64,000 nt of DNA from Ylistrum balloti (lineage: Eukaryota), in NCBI RefSeq assembly GCF_031769215.1, contig NW_026781978.1, forward strand, positions 744,001 through 808,000. Reading direction: 5' to 3'. Of this stretch, positions 13,376 to 26,000 are shown one piece after another. How positions within the stretch are numbered: position 1 is the stretch's first letter; each line of letters begins with the position of its first letter. Under the pieces are notes generated by a model. That model was not told the DNA's origin and made no database searches. It was given only the letters and a program-made list of their open reading frames with translations. Made by a program: the position numbers and the translations under genes.

Positions 13376-14430
13376 CTTTATTTCCTCTTAATACAAATAG
13401 ATTAAAGTCAATTAATTTTGATTTATGTGTGTTTATATTTCAATTTACATAGAGATACCGTTCATCAGTAGAAAAACAGAATTATAATAATGTGCCCATT
13501 TTACTCACTAATTTAGGTTAACTGCCATATCAAACTTCAAGTGTAAATTTGATTAATCTCTTAATAACAAAAAAATACACGGTCCTTTGTAATATAAATT
13601 TGTTTAACTTTGGCAAAATATAGAAGGGAGTCTGTAATGTATTCAGGACACTCCCCGTCATGAGATCACAAGAATGAAATACTTTAGGCCACTAAAGCAG
13701 AAAATGAAAAACAATGTCAACATTCTATTTTCCACATCGACGATTTTCTGTGTATATTAACAAATGGTCACGTTAAAAAAGTATTGAATATTTCATCAGC
13801 TCATTTATGGACTTTCGCCTTGTACTTAGCTAAATTATCCGCTTTAATAGAACTCTGTAACATGATTTTTAATAAAACATTTCAAAATATTTTTTTATTT
13901 TTATATGAATGTCATTGTCAGCAAGAGTTTTCACACCAGTCTCGTAAAGGATATCCCAGTACATGTTTTCTGGGTAGTACTTGGGGTAGCCACTTCTGCA
14001 ATAACAGAATTATATTTTATAAATTCCGATAAATAAGGTATGTATATATTTGTCACTTTTAACCCCGAATTATGATATATAGCTCAACAGCAAGATTATT
14101 GATCATTACAAAAACAAAAAACATGCGCATAACACTCGGCCTTGACCTACCCCTTACCTTTAGGGCACATATTGCTACGCTTTCCATATATATTATAGAT
14201 ATATAATATATAGATATTGATCTAGTTTTAAGCTAAATACGACTGCCGTGAATTGTCAATGAGGTATAATCAGTATGTGGTGGGCCATGTATAGATGTCA
14301 TTTAAGAACATTTGAACAACCATATGCTGGAAGGAAGGTATGGCTTAAGTTAGCTCATTTCAGTTCAAGTAGCTAAATGTGAGTGAAACTGAAGTCAACT
14401 TTGGTCAAAGGAAACAGATTCAATTCTTGT

Positions 14431-14680
14431 GAACAAGAGGCCCATTGGGCCAGTATTACCCACAAAGTTTCTATTTGTGATCGTTCATTTACAGATATAT
14501 GCTCTTCTGGTTAATGTTGCTATTTTATCTTAAACTTTCCTAACAGTCTTGATTGCCTTTGGCAAAGATGCTTCAAGTCATTGGTTGAAATGTGGTCAGC
14601 AGTTCTTTGAGAAGTAATCATTTACAGAAAAAGTTGATGACGGATGAGGAAGGACCAGGTATGATACCTAAAAGTTAAAA
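14431..14680 (+). mobile_element. Degenerate HINE-like element
   Basis: 5' aacaagaggcccattgggcc; 3' ttggttgaaatgtggtcagcagttct...gaaaaagttgatgacgga. Confidence 0.45.
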
Positions 14681-15791
14681 AAAAATGCATAAATAAGATA
14701 AAAATAAACTACAAATCAATTCAGATGTAAGGATAAACACAAGTTTATTGGCAATGAAATAAAACTTGATTATGAATAGATAGTGTCTGTCACCATTGTT
14801 ACTTCTGTCACTGCCATTACTTGAATACCACTTCCATGCATAAACTAGTGACTTGTTATCACACTATGTCAGTAGAACACAGGGCAAGGGATATTCAAGG
14901 TTATTTTGACATGTGCTGAACTTGTGATGCTTTGTGTTCTGTGATATTCACTATCTCAGAGATATTTGTAGTACATTTCTAAAGCAGTATGAAAGTGTTG
15001 ACAACATAATGACAATGTGAATATATGATATTAACCAAGACCTTCTTTCTGTCTGCTTCACTCTCTCTTTTACCCTCTCACTTTTCCATTCTTACCATCA
15101 GTACCTACAGATGAAGTATCAAGATTAAGATCACATCCAGTCTGCCTTTATAGCCATCACAGATATATCACTGTTTACATTTATATATATATGACATTGA
15201 TCTCTGTAGTACTTTACACTAGCCTCCACCAAACATCATGTTTAAAATTAAATTCAAGACAGGATCAAACGAAAAGTGTGCAAGTATATCTTACAGACAC
15301 ACACTGTGGACTAATATCTGAAAAGTTTTGATGACATAATACAGGATCTACAATGTTAAATTTTAAATACCTTGGTAGAAATTGAGAGAGTAAGATCTAA
15401 CACGCTGTGTTAACTAGTTGATTTTTTTTCCTTTTACTTATCAATGTATAAATTCATTTTAATTTAGTCCAATTAACTTATAATTAATGGGAGATTTATT
15501 ATACCAAAGGTACTATGTAATAACATTCATAATGAGGTGTAGTAAAATCTCTGAAAATTTAACAAATTAAACTTGATGTTACAAGTTGACACAATGAATA
15601 ACTTTACTAGAAAATTTGAGTTGATAAGAACTTCCTACAATGCACTAGGATCACAGATGCTCTAAGGAAAAAATCAATTTCAAGTCAAAGGAAAAAACAT
15701 ACCAGATAAACATCTCCAAATCCATCAAATTACATTAGATTTCTTTATGTGTTTATGGTAAGATATCTAAGCCATTAATGGTCTTCTATCG

Positions 15792-15908
15792 CAAGACAGC
15801 TAAGATGTGATTGGTCTGTTTTAACAAGACATCTAAGATGTGATTGGTCTGTTATAACAAGACATCTAAGATGTGATTGGTCTGTTATAACAAGACATCT
15901 AAGATGTC
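15792..15908. repeat. 33-bp minisatellite x3.5
   Basis: caagacatctaagatgtgattggtctgttataa. Confidence 0.9.
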
Positions 15909-16214
15909 ATGTTATTATTCAGTGTTTGTTTATACTGCGATGTGATTTAGACACAAAAGAAACACTATACCAATACAAATTTAACAAATATTCATAAAGA
16001 AGATAACAACATGCATAAAAATACAGAAGAGTATTAAATGGTAAAAAAAGGTAATTCAATACACCAGTCTTATCCTCATCATTGCGAGAACTTCTTCCAA
16101 CATTATCAAAGAGCTACAAAACTTCATCAGGGCAACCAAACAACTTGTACACAAGCAATGTTTCCATGTAAATATTTGTAGATGCATACTGTGTGTGTCA
16201 CAAGGATTCCCTTT

Positions 16215-17700
16215 ACACAGTTACAGGCTGTATGGTGTCAGTGTGATTCCTTTTATACAGTTACAGGCTGTATGATATCAAAATGACACCTGTTTACAGA
16301 TACAGGCTGTATGATATCAAAATGACACCTGTTTGCAGATAAAGGCTGTATAGTATCATATTGATTCCCTTTACACAGATACAGCCTGTATGATATCAAA
16401 ATGACACCTGTTTACAGATACAGGCTGTATGATATCAAAATGACACCTGTTTGCAGATAAAGGCTGTATAGTATCATATTGATTCCCTTTACACAGATAC
16501 AGCCTGTATGATATCAAAATGACACCTGTTTACAGATACAGGCTGTATGATATCAAAATGACACCTGTTTGCAGATAAAGGCTGTATAGTATCATATTGA
16601 TTCCCTTTACACAGATACAGCCTGTATGATATCAAAATGACACCTGTTTACAGATACAGGCTGTATGATATCAAAATGACACCTGTTTACAGATACAGGC
16701 TGTATGATATCAAAATGACACCTGTTTGCAGATAAAGGCTGTATAGTATCATATTGATTCCCTTAATACAGATACAGGCTGTATGATATCAAAATGACAC
16801 CTGTTTACAGATACAGGCTGTATGATATCAAAATGACACCTGTTTGCAGATAAAGGCTGTATAGTATCATATTGATTCCCTTTACACAGATACAGGCTGT
16901 ATGATATCAAAATGACAACTGTTTACAGATACAGGCTGTATGATATCAAAATGACACCTGTTTACAGATACAGGCTGTATGATATCAAAATGACACCTGT
17001 TTACAGATACAGGCTGTATGATATCAAAATGACACCTGTTTACAGATACAGGCTGTATAGTATCATATTGATTCCCTTTACACAGATACAGCCTGTATGA
17101 TATCAAAATGACACCTGTTTACAGATACAGGCTGTATGATATCAAAATGACACCTGTTTGCAGATAAAGGCTGTATAGTATCATATTGATTCCCTTTACA
17201 CAGATACAGGCTGTATGATATCAAAATGACACCTGTTTACAGATAAAGGCTGTATGATATCAAAATGACACCTGTTTACAGATACAGGCTGTATGATATC
17301 AAAATGACACCTGTTTGCAGATAAAGGCTGTATAGTATCATATTGATTCCCTTTACACAGATACAGGCTGTATGATATCAAAATGACACCTGTTTACAGA
17401 TACAGGCTGTATGATATCAAAATGACACCTGTTTACAGATACAGGCTGTATGATATCAAAATGACACCTGTTTACAGATAAAGGCTGTATAGTATCATAT
17501 TGATTCCCTTAATACAGATACAGGCTGTATGATATCAAAATGACACCTGTTTACAGATACAGGCTGTATGATATCAAAATGACACCTGTTTACAGATACA
17601 GGCTGTATAGTATCATATCGATTCCCTTTACACAGATACAGGCTGTATGACATCAACATCAGTTTACAAACACAGGCTGTATGGTGTCAAAATGGTTCCC
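16215..17700. repeat. 39/40-bp minisatellite with ~118-bp higher-order unit (~38 monomers)
   Basis: A: acagatacaggctgtatgatatcaaaatgacacctgttt; B: (g)cagataaaggctgtatagtatcatattgattccctttac; AAB/AAAB order. Confidence 0.95.
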
Positions 17701-18235
17701 TATATACCATATATAAATTTAATTGGGCAATTATACTCCTCACAAATAACGAGATTATTGTGGAATGTAAAAAATAGATAAAAAATGTATGTATACATTA
17801 TACATAAATGTATACCAATTGATGTCATTTAACGGCCACTTTGTAGCACGTTTCCACAAGTAACAGTAATAACATAGATAAGATTAGATTGTAGAAGTGA
17901 ATTTATAACCTTCCTCCATATTTCAGATACACATTTACATGTACGTAGATACAGAGAGCTGCTGAACTGTCAATGGTACCATCTCACCAAACAGTGGTAT
18001 ATTCTGGTCACTATAAAATAACTCTTATCAAAATTGCCTTCACATTTTTTTGTTTCAAGCAGATTACTGAGTATTTCACATTCTCAATTTAAGAGCCTGT
18101 ACAATTTTCTGGATTCATCTTCTTTCTTCAATTCACCCTCTAAACAAACCTTCAGGTTTTGGATTTGATAGTGAAATATTGTATAAACTTAAATAACTAA
18201 GAAAATATCACTTTTCTATACGTTAACACTACAGT

Positions 18236-18690
18236 CAGGTACATGATTCCCATTGCTGGTACATGATTCCCATTGCAGGTACATGATTCCCACTGCAGGT
18301 ACATGATTCACATTGCTGGTACATGATTCCCATTGCAGGTACATGATTCCCATTGCAGGTACATGATTCACATTGCTGGTACATGATTCCCATTGCAGGT
18401 ACATGATTCCCAATGCAGGTACATGATTCCCATTGCAGGTAAATGATTCCCATTGCAGGTACATGATTCCCATTGCAGGTACATGACTCATATTGCTGGT
18501 ACATGATTCCCATTGCAGGTACATGACTCACAGTGCTGGTACATGATTCCCATTGCAGGTACATGATTCCCATTGCAGGTACATGATTCACATTGCTGGT
18601 ACATGATTCCCATTGCAGGTACATGACTCACATTGCTGGTACATGATTCACATTGCAGGTACATGATTCACACTGCTGGTACATGATTCA
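18236..18690. repeat. 20-bp minisatellite (~23 copies)
   Basis: ggtacatgattcccattgca. Confidence 0.95.
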
Positions 18691-19255
18691 AATTTTAAGT
18701 GTACTGATTAACATTACAGGTGAAAGATTCACATATCACAGGGGGCATAATTCTACTCTACAAATATCAACAACTAACATCTGAAGACTTCAAAAGTAAA
18801 TTTTCAAGAAAACAATATTCTTCTAGTGATTTCATCAAAAGACAAATAATGTTCTTTGTTTGAACAGAATTATTTCTCATTTATTTCGAAAGATAAAGAG
18901 TTTTCTTGAAGCATATTTGTACTTAAACACATATTAGATCAAAATATAGTAAACATTGAAATATTTTACCAAGTATTGGTCATAACCACGTTTATGATAT
19001 TGTGATTGTTTGCAACTGAAGACTAAACTTTAACCAGCACGTGAATGTTCAGCAATTCTATAACAAACTACACCTTTGTTTGAGTGTTTGTTTCCCTAAG
19101 TTGAGTTAAACATACACATGTAGAATTTTTTTTCAAAATCTTCAACAAAAATTTTGATAAGTGATAGCTCTGCAAAAAATAATATCATATTTGAGAGAGG
19201 GTTCGGACAAAAAGACATGACCAAATTATGATGATAAATAATGTATTAATCAATC

Positions 19256-19460
19256 AGGATTTCACTAAGGCAGAGGATATCGGAAATCATTCAGTCAATC
19301 AGAGACCAGTAATTCTAAAGTCTTAATTTATTTCTGGTAATGACAACAGCTAGAGATTTCACTAAGGCAGAGGATATCAGAAATGATTCGGTCAATCAGA
19401 GATCAGTATTCTTAAGTCTTGGTTTATTTCTGGTAAAGACAATAGCTAGGGATTTCACAA
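19256..19460. repeat. ~97-bp tandem duplication
   Basis: gatttcactaaggcagaggatatc(g/a)gaaat at 19258 and ~19354. Confidence 0.85.
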
Positions 19461-19996
19461 CCTTGAAGACATTTGATAAGATCACAGATAAACACTGAGA
19501 GTAAGATTAATAACACACTGAAACCTCAATGGAGTCAGCACAAATATACTGTTAAGGTAAAAAAACAGTTTAGAAAAAAGATGAAAAAATACCAATTCAA
19601 ATAATTAATTTCATACACTGATCATAATAGTAGAATCCAAGGGGTTACCAATACAATGATAGGGAAAAATATTTGTTAAAATTTTTTCATTTAACAATTT
19701 GATATTTAAATAGATTGTTTTCAACAATGTGGTGATTTTACCGTTCTAAGACTCCTTTTTCCCCTGGTGGTCACTCTATCCTAACTGTATAAATAAATGA
19801 CAAGTATTTTAGATTTCACCTGAGGTGATGACCAAAGAAAGGTTTAGTGGTAAAATAGTAGTTTTTAAGGCTTTAGCTATATATCTTGTATCAACCAAAA
19901 AAACAGATATATCCAAAACCCCTATGATCCATCAATAAAGAGAAAGACAGTGTAAGTCATCAAATTCCTGTTCATTGATCTGGTGTTGATCTGCAG

Positions 19997-20074
19997 CTAG
20001 GAACTATCTCCTTTGTCTATTTTTACAACCACTTCATCATTTCCCATAGCTTCTTCATCATCTCCTTTGGCAAT
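19997..20074 (-). CDS. ANO7: Anoctamin probable last coding exon
   Basis: gttgcag|[25 protein letters not shown]; phase 0 fits; C-terminus is poorly conserved so cannot be confirmed by homology. Confidence 0.6.
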   Translation of the reverse strand: MAKGDDEEAMGNDEVVVKIDKGDSS

Positions 20075-23000
20075 CTGCAACATAAATATCAAAATGTTAA
20101 CATTTATCAATACCGTAGTCCCCCTAAATCAAAATGTTAACATTTATCAATACTTTAGTCCCCCTAAATCAAAATGTTAACATTTATCAATACCGTAGTC
20201 CCCCTAAATCAAAATGTTAACATTTATCATTTTTTTGTATACAAATATCTGTGGAAGGGTTAACCTTTTCTAAAACAGTTTGAACAAACATTGAATTCAA
20301 AAGACTCTGTAGTTCTTGTTCTTAATTGTTGCGGTTTCCCTTGTGTTAAAAAACTCACTATTTTGTCACAAAACTTGTCATCAAATATCCTTGATTGTTC
20401 ACTAACTTTCTCTCTGTGGGTAATGGTGTTAGTTATTAACATTTGACCTGTGACCTTGACCTAGATTCTGCAGGTAAAAATCAATCTTTTGTGTGGGCAT
20501 TTATTATAAGTTAACACTGACCATGATACTTATCATGAAACAACAAAGCAGTATTCTGTATCACTGGATATTTTCACTGGTCCAAATTTTTGTGACCTGG
20601 TTTTAAAACAATTGAATTATTTTTTAACGAATTTTTTTTGAACGAGATAAAGGTTTCGCAATCTGATTTTTTTAAATGACAATCGTAATATGCACCTCCC
20701 ATTATTTCACAGATGAATTTTTTACAATCACATTAATGTAACACAAAATAGAGAAAATATCATCCCTGTGAAAGTAACTGGCTATAGGGTGTTAAGTCTG
20801 TTAATAAGCCTTACCATGTGTATCACTGTTCAACAGAATAATAAACTAATGCTATTTCGTGATCTGAAAAAAAAGCCCATTCCTTCTAATCAGTTATTAT
20901 CATTATGACATTCTGAACGGCCCGTCAACACATAAAAAGTCATCAGGGCCATCTAACGGTAAAACACAGCCATCCAAAAAGGAAATAATGTCTAACAAAC
21001 TAAAAGGTTAAAGACAAATGCTATCAATTTTAAATGGGTATATTATCACAAAAGATTAAAATGATATGTCATAGTCTATAATACAGACCAACATCTTTCC
21101 TACAATTTTATTTATCTCAAAAGTTTCAAAAAGGGTCTTTAGACTTGTAATGTTATGATAAAAAATTCATCAAGTAGACAGAAGTCCAATAAAAAATGTT
21201 TCACAGTGAACTTCCAGTCTCGATTTGTGTACTAGCCCCCTGGGATACATTACGCTGTTGTACATTTTGATATTAGATAATTCTCATGCCATGTTTCAAA
21301 TGCTACATGATAGCAGAGCACAACATTTATAAGTTACAACTAGGAATAAACAACATCAGGCTTGAATTGACAATATTCTCACAATATCACCATCACACGA
21401 TACATGGTTACTACAGCTATCAGACAACATATGTACAGAGGACTATTATTCACTAAACAACACCTGCTGACCAAACTTATCATACAGAACAGGTTTGTAC
21501 AACAACCTGTTATATACTGATACTGAAGTTTCATTGTCAGATAAAGCTAACATGTGACGAGTAAACAAATATAGACTAAATGGTTATACCCATAGGTAGG
21601 AAAAAATCCCTGAAAAATACTTTCCAGTAATTTCCATCTAATATAAATCTATTTTCTATCTTCTTGTATCTGTAGACTTTTTGAAGGAGAATACATGTAA
21701 ATCTCATAAGGGCTCAATAAATACCACATAACAGGTTAGTTTTGATAAAAGCAAATTTTGCAATGAAGTGTCAAAATGAGAATAACTCAATTTAGCCCTA
21801 TTATTTTTTTTTCACCATTGAAGAACAGGAACTAAAAACATCAAATGTAACTCTTTCTCGATTAAAGATTTACCACTTTGATATTTGCTAGATGGTCACA
21901 AACAAAGAAAATTTTTTGACTGGATTCATAAAATATCTGATGTAGTTTATTCTTTGTATTTAGGTCAAAACTGAGCTTTACTTAATTAAAGGTCACAATG
22001 GCCTATTTCTGGTAAGAATACCCTCTTTTCTTCAGTGTTGGTACAAGATGCCTTTGGCAAGCATCAGAGATAACGTAGTTTGATAAATGTTGTCATAGAA
22101 ATAGTGAGCACTTCAGATGTTTGGTTTGTGTCTGTAGGATTATACTGGTAGAAAGATTCCAGTGAACATTTAGTTTTGAATTGAAAAAATGTACTCTATT
22201 CTATATGTTACAGTGAGCTGATCCTTACTTCACAATATTGTCAGTTTTTTTATTTTGACCATATTGTCATTCTTGTACCTGTATAATGAAGTAATTCAGT
22301 ACTTTCAAAAATTAGAAAAAATTTAGAAGAACTAGGGATTTTCTTACAAGCTAAAAACATTTTGACCCAGAAAAACATATTGCTACCTTGTGTTAAATTT
22401 GCATGTGAAAAAAGGAATGAACTTGCTGGCTTTGATTTAGTCATGAACGGGACCTGTCACCTTGTTTCCTTGAAAATGGATTCGCCAGTTAAAAAATAGA
22501 AAACTTGACCTATGACTTTGAATGCAGTGACCTTAACCTTTGATAATGCTTCCTTCATAATGTCATAAGGAAATGTTTAATAAAAGATTCAAAAGTTTGT
22601 CATTGACTTTAACTTGGTCACATGTATTCAGGCAACTTTTCATTTCATTCTGGTCAACATAATATCACAACATTAACATATCAGAAGTATTTAACATAAT
22701 TCTATTTTTAGTAACAATAATGACACAATCAACAACGTCTGTGACTGATTTACATATATTTTAGTTTCAGTTCCAGAGTGACCTAATTTCAAAGGATTGC
22801 ACAATGCATGGTGGTGATGTAGTTTGAAAATTCAAATGTTTCGATCTAGACAAGATCAGACTATAAAATTATCAATTATTTGACCTTTGACCTCATGCTG
22901 AAAGGAGGACATAATGATCTTTTATCCAGATACTTTAATCTGTTTATGATGTGACTACTAAATATACAAATCTGTTTATGAAGTGACCACTAGATATACA

Positions 23001-26000
23001 AATCTGTTTATGAAGTGACTACTTAATATACAAATCTGTTTATGAAGTGACTACTTAATATACAAATCTGTTTATGAAGTGACTACTTAATATACAAATC
23101 TGTTTATGAAGTGACTACTTAATATACAAATCTGTTTATGAAGTGACCACTAAATATACAGTCTGTTTATGAAGTGACCACTAAATATACAAATCTGTTT
23201 ATGAAGTGACCACTAAATATACAAATCTGTTTATGAAGTGACTACTTAATATACAAATCTGTTTATGAAGTGACCACTAAATATACAAATCTGTTTATGA
23301 AGTGACCACTAAATATACAAATCTGTTTATGAAGTGACCACTAAATATACAAATCTGTTTATGAAGTGACCACTAGATATACAGTCTGTTTATGAAGTGA
23401 CCACAAAATATACAATCTTTCTGTTGAATGAATGTTTGATCCCTGGTTGTGGTATCACTTGAGGCCCCAAGGATTTGACACGTCAAAAATATATCAGCTG
23501 ATCATCCACATCATACAAGTGTGTAAAAATTTACAAGTACAGTAGAACTTAAAACTGAAACAGCATTTCAAAATGGCAGCAAATGTAGCCATATTGGATT
23601 TCTAATAATCCAATACAAGGACAATAAATGTCTGAGACAAGAAAACCTGTTAAGGAAACATGTACAGCAATTATGGCAGTGATATTGGATTCCTTGCATA
23701 AAATATAACCATACAAAACCATACATCTGAAATCATACTTCTTTCATATCTTCTGAACAGAAAAACAATAAAGTCAATCTTTTTGTGGAAATTTAAAGAC
23801 ATGAGAGAACATTTCTGTTTTAATGTCAGAATCAAAATCTTTATAAAATATCACTGATTTACCATAACTTAATTGATCTATGTTCTGTTATGAAGCAATA
23901 TTGTTACCTTTATCTACTTCTGGTATAAGCAGTGTGTTTACATTTCTATACACTCCAGAGATTAGCTATGCATTGTTAGTGAACAGTATACATATTTATA
24001 TAATATAACTAAAAGCTTGATGTTATAAGCCTGGTGCACTATTTGTTTTTCTTCAATTACAGGATTTGCCAGATTGTGATGACCAGTACTAAAACCCTAT
24101 TTTCTGAGCCTTCATGTTGACACTAACTAGGTTTGAATCTTGTAGTTTTAACACTAACTAGATTTAAGCCCTGTTGCTGACACCAGTTAGGTTGAGCAGT
24201 GTTGTTGAAAATAACCAGATTTGCCCATTGTTGACACTAACTAGGTTTCAGCCTGGTTGTTAACACTGACTAGGTTCAAGTCTTGTTGTTGACACTAACT
24301 GGGTTTGAGACTTGTTGTTGACACTAACTGGGTTGGGACTTGTTGATATTAACTGGGTTTGAGACTCATTGACACTAACTGGATTTTAGACTCTTTGTTG
24401 ACACTAACTGAGTTTGAGACTCGTTGTTGACACTGAGTTTGAGACTCGTTGTTGACACTAACTGGGTTTGAGACTTGTTGTTGACATTAACTGGGTTTGA
24501 AACTCGTTGATGACACTAACTAGGTTTTAGCCTTGTTGCTGATACCAAATAATTTTGAGCTTGGTTGTTAACATAATCTATGTTAGAGATTTGTTAATGA
24601 CACAAACAAGGTTTGAGACCTGTTGATACTAACAAGGATTGAGACTTGTTGACATTAACTAGGTTTGAGACTTGTTGACACTAACAAGGTTTAAGACTTG
24701 TTGACACTAACAAGGTTTAAGACTTGTGGACACTAACAAGGATTGAGACTTGTTGACACTTACAAGGATTGAGACTTGTTGACATTTACAAGGTTTAAGA
24801 CTTGTTGACACTTACAAGGTTTAAGAGTTGTTTGCACTAACTAGGTTTGAGACTTGTTGACACTAACAAGGTTTAAGACTTGATGACACTAACAAGGTTT
24901 GAGATTTGTTGACACTAACAAGGTTTAAGACTTGTTGTAGATACTAAATCAGTTTCAGCCTTGTTGCTGACACCAAATGGTTTTGAGCTTGGTTGTAAAC
25001 ACTAACTTGGTTTTGAGCCTTGTTGTTGACACTAACTTGGTTTGAGCTTGGTTGTTGATACTAACTTGGTTTGAACCTTGTCATTGTTACTAACTTGGTT
25101 TGAGCCTTGTTGTTGACACTAACTTGGTTTGAGCCTTGTTGTTGACACTAATTTGGTTTGAGCCTTGTCATTGATACTAACTTGGTTTGAGCCTTGTTGT
25201 TGACACTAACTTGGTTTGAGCCTTGTTGTTGACACTAATTTGGTTTGAGCCTTGTCATTGATACTAACTTGGTTTGAGCCTTGTCATTGTTACTAACTTG
25301 GTTTGAGCCTTGTCATTGATACTAACTTGGTTTGAGCCTTGTCATTGTTACTAACTTGGTTTGAGCCTTGTCATTGATACTAACTTGGTTTGAGTCTTGT
25401 TGTTGATACTAACTTGGTTTGTGCCTTGTTGTTGACACTAACTTGGTTTGAGCCTTGTTGTTGATACTAACTTGGTTTGAGCTTGGTTGTTGATACTAAC
25501 TTGGTTTGAGCCTTGTCATTGATACTAACTTGGTTTGAGCCTTGTTGGCACTAACTTGGTTTGAGCCTTGTCATTGATACTAACTTGGTTTGAGCCTTGT
25601 TGTTGGCACTAACTTGGTTTGAGCCTTGTTGTTGACACTAACTTGGTTTGAGCCTTGTTGTTGACACTAACTTGGTTTGAGCTTGGTTGTTGATACTTAC
25701 TTGGTTTGAGCCTTGTCATTGATACTAACTTGGTTTGAGCCTTGTCATTGTTACTAACTTGGTTTGAGCCTTGTCATTGATACTAACTTGGTTTGAGCCT
25801 TGTCATTGTTACTAACTTGGTTTGAGCCTTGTCATTGATACTAACTTGGTTTGAGTCTTGTTGTTGATACTAACTTGGTTTGAGCCTTGTTGTTGATACT
25901 AACTTGGTTTGAGCTTGGTTGTTGATACTAACTTGGTTTGAGCCTTGTCATTGTTACTAACTTGGTTTGAGCCTTGTTGTTGACACTAACTTGGTTTGAG

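Noticed and set aside
15054-15110. Possible alternative terminal anoctamin exon (tctgtag|VLMVRMEK*)
   Set aside because: Weak acceptor and no homology support; cannot be distinguished from 3' UTR
16882-18624. ORFs with periodic peptides (DIIQPVSVNRCHF, MYLQWESCT...), and similar ORFs at 41411-41854, 44917-45234 and 54083-54398
   Set aside because: Translations of minisatellite units; no splice context, overlapping frames on both strands, no domain content
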